A DNA stretch of 64,000 bases, from the NCBI GenBank assembly GCA_965248265.1, contig CBDFJF010000002.1, forward strand, positions 3,296,001 to 3,360,000, written 5' to 3'. The translations under genes and the position numbers were made by a program. This DNA comes from Candidatus Latescibacterota bacterium (GTDB taxonomy: Bacteria; Latescibacterota; UBA2968; UBA8231). The notes beneath the pieces were generated by a model. The model was not told the origin of the DNA. It searched no databases and saw nothing but the letters and a program-made list of their open reading frames with translations. Below are positions 39,658 through 48,110 of the stretch, in pieces (positions within the stretch are counted from its first letter, which is position 1; each line of letters starts with the position of its first letter).

Positions 39658-41346
39658 ATGGTTGATTCGCTCACGAGGATGTGGGTCCTGATCGGATCTC
39701 ACTTGAATACCCGGGCGCAGGCCCAGCTGGTGGGAATACTACCCAACGAACTCTCGGCTGCGGTGCGGGGCCAGTTGCGCCGGGGGATGAACGATGATGT
39801 TCTGGCAGAATGGGGCGAGCTGTCACCAGCTGAAAGGCGCGTCCTCTCCGGGTTTCGGGCACATCGATCAGATGAGACTGATCACGACGAGCAAGAGGAA
39901 ACATCAGAAGAGGCACAGGACCCTGCAGAGACCGACGACGATATCGAACATTCGCCACTGTGCGCGGCGCTACTCAGTTTGGCCCTCCTGGACGCACCCC
40001 GGCCGGTGGATGCCGCTTCCCTTCTTGTTGAGTTGCCATTGAGGTTTCAGGGCCAGATCATCAATCTCATCGTTACCAGCTCCGTTTTCAGCGCGACCTG
40101 GGGACTCGAGCGCGACGAGCGGGACCTTGTCGAGGGCATGCGCGAGATCATGACGTCGGCTGACAGTTGGGGAGTGCTTCCCTCCTGTGAGATTCTCAGG
40201 GCCATCGACACGACGCGACGGCTGCGGCGCGCCATCAGTTCCACTGCCGCGATCGACGAAGATGCGGTGACGATTCTTCAGAATCATCTCTTCGTCTTCG
40301 CTGATGTTATCCGTTTGACGGACAGAGAGCTTCAGGCCCTCTTGAACCGGGTCGCCAATCAGCCGCTCGCCAGAGCCTTGAGTGACGCACCGGATGCGGT
40401 GCGCGATCGACTGCTCACAAACATGTCCCCAAGACGTTCCAGGCTGGTCGCGGAAGAGGGTGAGTTCATGGGGGAACTCGAAGTCGAAGATATACGAGCG
40501 GATCAGCGGGACATCCTGGAGACGCTGCGTGAGCTGTACGAGAGCGGTGACATCTCCACGTATTTCGGCTCCGTCAGGGGCAGGGGGGAGAGCACCGAGC
40601 CCGAAGACGACGTGGAAGGTGATTCAGGGTTGGAGCTTTTAGAGGAAGAGGAGCCAGAGCCGGAACTCGGGGCTCGACCAGCCACGGCCAAAGAGCACGA
40701 GCAAGCCTCCCCGCGCACCGGTCGCTCCCGCCTGGTTCCCATACTTGTCGCCAGCATCGCCGGAACCGGACTGATGACCTTGCTCATCCTTGTGGTCTCT
40801 CAGTTCGGAGATGACGATGAGAGTCGGAGAGAGTCTGAAGCTCGCGGAAACCGCGCCTCCGGAGCGGGCAGCAAATTGGATGGACAGGTACTGGTGCAAA
40901 GAGAAATCAGTGACACGCAGTCCGCGCAACCCGCTGCCGATGAGGCGCATGGACAAGCCGATCCAGGAGGCGAAATCAGCGCGGTCATTGAGTTCCCCGG
41001 GAAAAGCGGTCAGACAACAGCCGAGGTGCGGGTGGATGAGGGTAGTGAACTGGAAGACCAGGAGGCTGCCATGGACAGCGTCAATACGGAATCCCGCGGC
41101 GACCTGTACTTGCGGATGGGGCGGGTTTCTTGTGCCGTCGTCAGCGAGACAGACACTTTTGTGGTGCGATCACCGCTGGTCGCAGTACGGGGTGCGCCCG
41201 GGGCCGTCTTTGCCGTGCAGGTGGTTCTGGACGCTTCAACGACCGTGTTCGTCGAGCGCGGCCAGGTCGAGGTGAAATCGGAGCGCCAGTGGAGCGACGA
41301 TCCCGTGGTTCTGAGGGCGGGACAGCGTCAGCGATTCGAACCCTGA
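39658..41346 (+). CDS. FliG middle/C-terminal domain + TM + FecR-like domain fusion protein
   Basis: FliG_C: LFVFADVIRLTDRELQALL...LARAL...NMSPRR...EE...Q..IL..LREL.ESGDI. TM: ILVASIAGTGLMTLLILVV. FecR-like: VRVDEGSEL...LYLRMGRV...FVVRSP...RG...FAVQV...TTVFVERGQVEV. Confidence 0.8.
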   Translation: MVDSLTRMWVLIGSHLNTRAQAQLVGILPNELSAAVRGQLRRGMNDDVLAEWGELSPAERRVLSGFRAHRSDETDHDEQEETSEEAQDPAETDDDIEHSPLCAALLSLALLDAPRPVDAASLLVELPLRFQGQIINLIVTSSVFSATWGLERDERDLVEGMREIMTSADSWGVLPSCEILRAIDTTRRLRRAISSTAAIDEDAVTILQNHLFVFADVIRLTDRELQALLNRVANQPLARALSDAPDAVRDRLLTNMSPRRSRLVAEEGEFMGELEVEDIRADQRDILETLRELYESGDISTYFGSVRGRGESTEPEDDVEGDSGLELLEEEEPEPELGARPATAKEHEQASPRTGRSRLVPILVASIAGTGLMTLLILVVSQFGDDDESRRESEARGNRASGAGSKLDGQVLVQREISDTQSAQPAADEAHGQADPGGEISAVIEFPGKSGQTTAEVRVDEGSELEDQEAAMDSVNTESRGDLYLRMGRVSCAVVSETDTFVVRSPLVAVRGAPGAVFAVQVVLDASTTVFVERGQVEVKSERQWSDDPVVLRAGQRQRFEP

Positions 41347-41372
41347 ATCGGCCGCCGAGCCTGAAATCGTCC

Positions 41373-42152
41373 TCATGCACCCGCTTTCAGAACCCTGTCT
41401 TCGAGGACAGGGAATGTCGACCTCGCCTCAGCCACGAGAGAGAGTTCGATGTCGGCCGTCATCACCGTTTCCAGATCTCCTGCCGACGCTTGAGGTATGC
41501 CCCAGGGATCGACTACCATGCTGTGCCCGGCGTACAGCATCCCGTCCTGTTTACCGCAGCTGTTGCAGGAGATGAGGTAGCACTGGTTTTCGAGCGCGCG
41601 CACCCGGTTGAACAGTTGCCAGTGTTCCAGGCGCTGGTGGGGCCAGCCCGAGCAGACCAAAAAGCACTCGGCACCCGCGTCTGACAGGCTCCTGAAGAGC
41701 TCTGGAAAGCGCAGGTCGTAACAGGTGGCCAGACCGAACGTGGCCAGTGGAGTGCTGACCAGTTTCGGCGTTTGTCCCGGGGTCAAAAGCTCGGCCTCAC
41801 GGGATTGGTAGCCGAACAGATGGATCTTGTGGTAATACTCCAGTACCTCTCCTGAGGGCGCGAGGAAGGCAGCGGTGTTGTGCAGCCCGGCATCCGATTC
41901 CGCCACCCAGCTTCCAGCGTAGAAGTGACAGTTCTTTTGCCGGGCGATCTCCTGCATGGCGTGGAGGGTTGGTCCATCGAACGACTCGGCCTCCGCCTCC
42001 ATGCGCTCGTAGCAGAACGCGCCGGTCGTCCACAGTTCAGGCAACAGGAGCAGATCGACATCCTCCAAGGGTTCGATCAGCTTGGTGGCGCGACGGATTT
42101 GCTCCACTTTCGAACGCTCACTGGCGCTGAGTTGAACAGAGGCTATGCGCAT
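41373..42152 (-). CDS. Carbon-nitrogen hydrolase (nitrilase superfamily)
   Basis: LPELW, YHKIHLF, CYDLRFPE catalytic triad, RALENQ. Confidence 0.95.
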   Translation of the reverse strand: MRIASVQLSASERSKVEQIRRATKLIEPLEDVDLLLLPELWTTGAFCYERMEAEAESFDGPTLHAMQEIARQKNCHFYAGSWVAESDAGLHNTAAFLAPSGEVLEYYHKIHLFGYQSREAELLTPGQTPKLVSTPLATFGLATCYDLRFPELFRSLSDAGAECFLVCSGWPHQRLEHWQLFNRVRALENQCYLISCNSCGKQDGMLYAGHSMVVDPWGIPQASAGDLETVMTADIELSLVAEARSTFPVLEDRVLKAGA

Positions 42153-42426
42153 CTCGAGGCCCCTAGAACAAGCCATACATCCACTTTATTGACATCCGCA
42201 ACGTATTGATAGAGAATGGGTTGAGCTAAATATTTCATGCAGAATACCACCTTGCGGCGAATCCGAGATACAACGGATCCAAGATATCTGTAGTCTAGCG
42301 CACGTAGATCCCGTAGTGCGACCACCAGCGCATCTGATCGGCATGGGTGGGTAATTGGCGCGGTAATCACTCGGCGAGGAACAAACGTAAGTCTATGTAC
42401 TATATGAAAAAAAACGAAAAAAGGGG

Positions 42427-42456
42427 TTGAGTATTTCTGCTTCTGTGCCGTATATT
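42427..42456 (+). promoter_or_regulatory. Putative sigma70 promoter with A-rich UP element, about 420 nt upstream of the sigma gene
   Basis: A-tracts followed by TTGAGT-N18-TATATT. Confidence 0.5.
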
Positions 42457-42875
42457 TTACTCCGATTCAACACAGATGTAGTTTTCCTTGTCCAACTCCC
42501 TGATTAATCTAAAGTAAAGACCCTCCCCGTAGAGTTCGCCTGCACAGGCCGGCCTCACGATCCCCAATCGTCGAGACGGTGCTTCAGTGGTTCGCTCTGC
42601 AAACGCAGTATGTGAATCTCCCTCGATGGGTTGTTCCCCCAACCCGGCTAGCACTCCCCATTTGCGGCAGCGCGTTGGCCGCATTCTCTCTCCGATCTCC
42701 CGTTGACGGTAAATAGGGCGATTTGCCGGCGATGGATGCCGTGCGACTCAGCCTCAGGATCATCGAATAGCGGACTCCAACATCGAACCGCTCGTTGATC
42801 CGCCAGTATGCGCTAGTCCTTGGTTCACCCCTCATGCGCACTGGTTGTCACTCATCAGGAGGAGGAGTGCGATAT

Positions 42876-43724
42876 ATGTCCACGCTACAGACCGACACGC
42901 TGGTCGATCAGTATTTCCACGAGATCGAGAGCTCGGTCGGACTATCGGCAAAGGACGAGATAGAGGTGGCAAAAAAGATCAAGGATGGCGATCAAGACGC
43001 GCTCTCGTCGCTGGTCAAGGCGAATCTGCGTTTCGTCGTCAGCGTCGCCAAGCAATACCAGAACCTGGGATTGCCCCTGTCCGATCTGATCAACGAAGGC
43101 AATCTTGGGCTCATCGTGGCCGCCAAGCGCTTCGATGGGTCGAAGGGGTTCAAGTTCATCTCCTACGCGGTGTGGTGGATTCGCCAGTCGATTCTGCAGG
43201 CACTGGCGGAGCAGTCGCGTATCGTACGCCTGCCGCTCAACCGGATTGGCGAACTCACACGGGTCAACAAGGTTCTCACCAAATTGGAGCAACGGCTCGG
43301 GCGGCCACCGGAGACCGAGGAGATCGCCGCCGAGCTCAACGTCAATGCCAATGACATGGATCTGCTGTTGCGCCTGTCTCAGCGGCCAGTTTCCCTGGAG
43401 ACGCCCTGTGACGACGGAGAGCCGGATCGGTGCATCGGCGATCTGCTGCCGGATGACTCGCTTCCGGCCTGCGACGAAGTCCTATCAGAGGATGAGCTGA
43501 AGGACGAGATCCAGGAAGCGATGGGGGCGCTAACCGAGGGCGAAGCACGCGTGTTGCGCATGTACTATGGCCTGGATGGCGAGGAGCCGATGACGCTGGA
43601 GGAAATCGGTACCTACGTGGGCCGTACTCGCGAGCGGGTTCGCCAGATCAAGGAGAAGGCCCTGCAAAAACTGAGGCACCCGAACCGCAGCGACGTGCTC
43701 AAGGAGTACTACGGAGACGAGTAA
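42876..43724 (+). CDS. RpoD/SigA-family sigma factor lacking region 1.1
   Basis: ANLRFVVSVAK, DLINEGNLGL, KFISYAVWWIRQ, TLEEIG...TRERVRQI; AGGAGGAG RBS. Confidence 0.95.
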   Translation: MSTLQTDTLVDQYFHEIESSVGLSAKDEIEVAKKIKDGDQDALSSLVKANLRFVVSVAKQYQNLGLPLSDLINEGNLGLIVAAKRFDGSKGFKFISYAVWWIRQSILQALAEQSRIVRLPLNRIGELTRVNKVLTKLEQRLGRPPETEEIAAELNVNANDMDLLLRLSQRPVSLETPCDDGEPDRCIGDLLPDDSLPACDEVLSEDELKDEIQEAMGALTEGEARVLRMYYGLDGEEPMTLEEIGTYVGRTRERVRQIKEKALQKLRHPNRSDVLKEYYGDE

Positions 43725-43799
43725 CGACGTCAACACACGAGTGGGGAATCCGACGCATCTGCCGATAGTCCAGAAGAGTTGGGTGGCTCTCCAGCTTTC

Positions 43800-43828
43800 T
43801 TGACAGCTTGGTGACTGACCTCTAGCTT
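43800..43828 (+). promoter_or_regulatory. sigma70 promoter of tRNA-Asn
   Basis: TTGACA-N17-TAGCTT. Confidence 0.7.
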
Positions 43829-43839
43829 TTCGTACCTAT

Positions 43840-43915
43840 TCCGGCGTAGCTCAGCTGGCAGAGCGGGTGGCTGTTAACCACCATGTCGTAGGTTCGAGCC
43901 CTACCGCCGGAGCCA
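43840..43915 (+). tRNA. tRNA-Asn (GTT)
   Basis: TCCGGCG/CGCCGGA acceptor stem, GGTGG-CTGTTAA-CCACC anticodon arm, GTTCGA T-loop, encoded CCA. Confidence 0.98.
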
Positions 43916-43924
43916 GATTGGATG

Positions 43925-43964
43925 AAGCGCAACTCCTTTGATTTTGAGGGGGTTGCGCTTTTCT
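43925..43964 (+). terminator. Rho-independent terminator after the tRNA
   Basis: AAGCGCAACTCCT...GGGGTTGCGCTT-TTCT. Confidence 0.8.
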
Positions 43965-44072
43965 GTTCCATGCCCACGGCCAGCCGTTGTCGCGAGTCTT
44001 CCGACCCTCACAAAGCCCTGAGTTCACTCGACACCAAGCCCCAAGCCATCTTGACTATGTAATGCCCGCTTA

Positions 44073-44327
44073 TTGATCTATCCATATCACCTACATTTTT
44101 TTTGTGGGCGGAGTACTCGCGATGACGGCCATTGGTATGGATATGGCTACAGCTTTCGGTGCGGTAGCTGCCGCCTTGGGCAATATCGGACCTTAGGTGA
44201 ACTGGACCCGAACGACAACTGTTTTCAGACCCCTCTTGTTGGGAAATGGCTCCTGGCCCTTTTTATGCTCCTTGGTCGACTCGAAATCTTTACCGTGCTG
44301 GTCCTATTCTCTCCGGCATTCTGTTGA
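44073..44327 (+). pseudogene. C-terminal remnant of a TrkH K+ uptake permease
   Basis: MTAIGMDMATAFGAVAAALGNIGP followed by a stop/frameshift, then LGELDP...GKWLLALFMLLGRLEIFTVLVLF; the N-terminal ~80% is absent. Confidence 0.8.
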
Positions 44328-44329
44328 AA

Positions 44330-46024
44330 ATGAAACCACTTCTTTCCGAATTTGCTCGCCTCAGCAGCGATCAGGCCACACGCCGAAATCTGCGGCCTCT
44401 TCTATGGCTCCTGCTCATCCTCTTCTCTTTAGTCGTCATCTACAGCCTGATCTTTCACGTGCTGATGGCAATTGAAGGCCGGGAGTTCACGTGGTTGTCG
44501 GGCGTCTACTGGACACTCACGACCATGTCGACGCTGGGGTACGGCGACATAACCTTCACCGGCAACCTGGGTCGCGTATTCTCGATCTTCGTGCTCCTCA
44601 CGGGCACGGTGTGCATGCTCATTCTGCTTCCGTTCACTTTGATACAGTTCTTCTATCTGCCCTTCGTGCAAGCCCAGGCCGCCGCTCGCGTCCCCCGAGA
44701 GCTGCCGGAAAACACCAGGGATCACGTGATCCTCACGCACTTTGATCCCGTATCCAGTGCGATCGCCCGCAAGCTCAAGCAGTATGGCCATTCTTATACA
44801 CTGCTTGCGCCGAGCCTGGAGGAGGCGGAGCGTCTTTCAGACCTGGGTTTCAGCGTAATCTTGGGATACGCTGACGATGCGGAGACCCTTCGCAATGCAC
44901 GCATAGACCGTGCTGCCCTGGTAACGTTGACCTCCAGCGACGTGGTCAGCACCAAGGTGGCGTTTTCGGCAAGGCAGCTGGCGCCCGACGTCCCCATAAT
45001 CGCCACGGCGGACAAAGAGGCATCTGTAGACATCCTCGAGCTGAGTGGCTGTTCCCAGGTCCTGCAACTGCGCGAAATGTTGGGCCGCGCTCTGGCCAGA
45101 CTTGCACGTGGCGGGAAATTCATTGCTCACGTGATCGGTCAGTTCGATGAGCTGCATATCGCGGAGGCGACGGCCACCGGTACCCCCATGGTCGGAAAGA
45201 CCCTTGAAGAGATCGGGTTGCGCAGGGAGATGGGAATCACCGTGATCGGCGTCTGGGAGCGGGGTCAGTTTTCGACTGCTCTGCCCGAGTCCAAGGTCCA
45301 CGAGAACACCGTTCTGGTTTTCGCCTGCAGCCGCGATCAACTGGACCAATTCGAAGATACTTTTCGCGCTTACAACAATGTCGAAGAACCGGTGGTTATT
45401 CTTGGCGGCGGGCGCGTGGGACGGGGTACGGCCCGCTCCCTCGACGCCATGGGACTGGACTACCGCATTGTCGAAAAGTTGCCTGAGCGCGTTCTCAACC
45501 CGGAAAAATGTGTCGTGGGTGATGCTGCGGAGTTATCTGTGCTGGAAGAAGCCGGAATCATGCGCACTTCGACGGCAATCGTAACCACGCACGACGACGA
45601 CTTGAACATCTATTTGACCATCTATTGCCGTCGCTTACGGCCCGATCTTCAGATCATCAGCCGGACCACGGTAGAACGCCACATTCATCTCTTGCACGAA
45701 GCCGGCGCCGATTTCGTGCTCTCCACCGCCTCGATGGGTGCCGACGCCGTCCTGCATTACTTCCTGCACGGTGACACGTTGATGATCGCGGAAGGATTGG
45801 ATGTATTCAGGGTCAAAATACCGGAATTGCTGTCGAACAAAACGATCGCGGACGCGCATATTCGTCGGGATACAGGGTGTACCGTAGTTGCTCTCGGCGT
45901 CGATGGCACGATGCAGGTAAACCCGGACCCTCAATTGCCTTTGCAGATTGACGCGGAAATGCTGCTCATCGGTAGCAGTGCCGGTCAAAAGCGCTTCTTC
46001 GAGCTTTACTCCGACGCCAGGTAA
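44330..46024 (+). CDS. Potassium channel with tandem TrkA-N/TrkA-C (RCK) domains
   Basis: TMSTLGYGD filter, two TM helices, GGGRVG Rossmann motif, two RCK pairs. Confidence 0.93.
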   Translation: MKPLLSEFARLSSDQATRRNLRPLLWLLLILFSLVVIYSLIFHVLMAIEGREFTWLSGVYWTLTTMSTLGYGDITFTGNLGRVFSIFVLLTGTVCMLILLPFTLIQFFYLPFVQAQAAARVPRELPENTRDHVILTHFDPVSSAIARKLKQYGHSYTLLAPSLEEAERLSDLGFSVILGYADDAETLRNARIDRAALVTLTSSDVVSTKVAFSARQLAPDVPIIATADKEASVDILELSGCSQVLQLREMLGRALARLARGGKFIAHVIGQFDELHIAEATATGTPMVGKTLEEIGLRREMGITVIGVWERGQFSTALPESKVHENTVLVFACSRDQLDQFEDTFRAYNNVEEPVVILGGGRVGRGTARSLDAMGLDYRIVEKLPERVLNPEKCVVGDAAELSVLEEAGIMRTSTAIVTTHDDDLNIYLTIYCRRLRPDLQIISRTTVERHIHLLHEAGADFVLSTASMGADAVLHYFLHGDTLMIAEGLDVFRVKIPELLSNKTIADAHIRRDTGCTVVALGVDGTMQVNPDPQLPLQIDAEMLLIGSSAGQKRFFELYSDAR

Positions 46025-46029
46025 CACAC

Positions 46030-47040
46030 TCAACTGCGCGTCATTTTCTTTCCGAACACGACCACGAACAGGGCCATCATGAACGCACCTATGAAAGCTT
46101 GCGCCGCGGCCAGCGGGCGCACAATCCAGATCTGACGCGCTTCATCGCTGTAGCCCAGTGTCGTAAAGGTGACTACGCTGTAATAGACACATTCAGCAAA
46201 GTGTGAGAAGTTAGTCTCCAAACTGGCTGAAGGGTCAAACTTCACTGGCCCCTCGGGACTCAGGATACCGGCGAAGAAATAGCCGACGCCGCAGATCAGG
46301 TTGAGGGCCAGAGCGGAGATGATTACTCGTGGAGGGCTTTCGCCGTAAGCGCAGACGAGGTCGATCAGCTTGGACCATGCCCTGCCCCCCGACCAAAGCG
46401 GCATCTGTTTGCGCCTCATTGTCATCTCCTGCCAGAAGAACCGACCCGCCTGGTTGGCCTCGGCTCGCGCTGCATACACCCGCCGCAAGGAGCGATATAC
46501 CTCCTCGGCCTCGTGGTACTCAGCCAGTGCCTTCTTCCGATCACCCTGACGCTCAGCCTGCATAGCTCGCTGCTCGTTCACGCAGCGCTCACCCCACTCT
46601 GTCCGTTCCAGCCGGGCGCCCTCGAGGCTTGCCCCCAGCAACTCGGCGTTCTGCAGCAGGGCCTCGTTCAGGTTGGCGCCCGCCAGGTTCGCCTTGAGCA
46701 GTACCGCCCCGCGCAGGTCCACATTGTAGAGGCTGGATCCCTGCATGTTGGCCCGGAACAGATTCGCTCCGCGCAGATCGCGGTTCCTCTTGTTGCTGAG
46801 CTTCAAGCCCTCTAGCGAGGCGTAGCGAAGGGAGAAGCCCTCCATCGATTGCCCGCTCTCGGCCCATTCCTCGAGAAGCTCGCACACGTTCCGATCTTCT
46901 TTCGAAATGTCGGCATCGTGCCAGAAGCACAGCCCCTTCGTGCCGTCAACGGAAGCGGCCGGGCAGCGGCTGCCGTCGCTGCGCACAAAGCCGCACGATT
47001 GTCTTGTTGCTTCACCTGAGATCCCGACCTCTTCTGCCAT
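46030..47040 (-). CDS. Pentapeptide-repeat / ion-channel (2TM) protein
   Basis: DLRGANLFRANMQGSSL...LRGAVLLKANLAGANL repeats; YGESP; YYSVVTFTTLGYSD. Confidence 0.9.
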   Translation of the reverse strand: MAEEVGISGEATRQSCGFVRSDGSRCPAASVDGTKGLCFWHDADISKEDRNVCELLEEWAESGQSMEGFSLRYASLEGLKLSNKRNRDLRGANLFRANMQGSSLYNVDLRGAVLLKANLAGANLNEALLQNAELLGASLEGARLERTEWGERCVNEQRAMQAERQGDRKKALAEYHEAEEVYRSLRRVYAARAEANQAGRFFWQEMTMRRKQMPLWSGGRAWSKLIDLVCAYGESPPRVIISALALNLICGVGYFFAGILSPEGPVKFDPSASLETNFSHFAECVYYSVVTFTTLGYSDEARQIWIVRPLAAAQAFIGAFMMALFVVVFGKKMTRS

Positions 47041-47335
47041 TGTCGACGCGCTCCATATTCCTCAATTGAGAGTGCTCAATTACCCACAATAAAGCCGCGG
47101 GCCTGGGATTGGCAAGAATTTGCCATCAAGACAAGGCTGTGGCTGACGGCCACCGCGACCCGGTGTCACCGGCGGCCGTGACCATAGCGACGGAGTCAGC
47201 GCGTCGCTATCTTGTGGCGTGGGTCGGTCTTGGACCCTCATTTTTCGACTACAGATTTAGCAGGAATTGATGGAATGTTACGTACGGAACAGAGGCAGGG
47301 GATGGTTCTTTAAGCGCTGTTCGGTTGAGCCATGA

Positions 47336-47983
47336 TCACTTCTGCAGCCGGGAAGACTCCTCTTTCTTTACCAGGCCCCAGCTCAACCCTCTTGTAGCCG
47401 TGTCGACGTCGACTTGGATATGGACTCCGTCGTCGTGAAGCAACAGCCGTTGGGAGCCGTCGTCCATCACCATCTGAGTCTCATGGACCGGGCTGCTGAA
47501 GATCTCGATCTGCGACGAGCTCGCCGTTTCGCGACAGAGTACCGAGAATATGGCGACGATCCCCTCTCCTGATCTGGAGCGCTGAGTGCCCGGGCCCAAC
47601 ACGGCCGTATAGTGCAATAGGCGCTGGTTCGCCGGTACCCCCTGCTTTTGACCGTTGGGCAAAAGACAGTTCGTCACCTCCACTGCATCTTGGAAAAACG
47701 GACCTGTTCGGAAGGGAGCCAGCGTGCCGTCGGTCCTGTTCTCGACAATCAGATCGAAGGGCCCCTCAGGCACGGTGACGTACAGCGAAAACCCCGTCGC
47801 TGGCAGGCGCCCAAACTCAGCCTGGATGGCGATGTCAAGGGTATCGCCAACACCCGCTTCGATCACTGTTTCACCGGTCACATGCTGGCTCAACAACAAG
47901 GCCTGACCCGCGGCGGGGTCGGACGTGGCTGCGAGACCAAAGATCAGGAGCAGCGGAATGAGCAAAACAGGGTTCGGTTTCAT
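47336..47983 (-). CDS. Secreted cohesin-like beta-sandwich protein with SWGxxK tail
   Basis: Signal peptide; VGDTLDIAI...TGFSLYV...SGEGIVAIF; ends TATRGLSWGLVKKE. Confidence 0.7.
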   Translation of the reverse strand: MKPNPVLLIPLLLIFGLAATSDPAAGQALLLSQHVTGETVIEAGVGDTLDIAIQAEFGRLPATGFSLYVTVPEGPFDLIVENRTDGTLAPFRTGPFFQDAVEVTNCLLPNGQKQGVPANQRLLHYTAVLGPGTQRSRSGEGIVAIFSVLCRETASSSQIEIFSSPVHETQMVMDDGSQRLLLHDDGVHIQVDVDTATRGLSWGLVKKEESSRLQK

Positions 47984-48110
47984 AAGAATGCATCTCTCCT
48001 GTTTCGTTTATCGGCTGAAATCTCCTAGGCTTTAATTTTTTTCTCAGAGTGTACACGCCGCCGCCACAGCCTCCTTCGTGCCTGTTTTGCCGAAACAGGT
48101 TGGTTTTTGA

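Noticed and set aside
43840-47335. Integrative island at tRNA-Asn
   Set aside because: No integrase and no convincing repeat of the tRNA 3' end was found in the window
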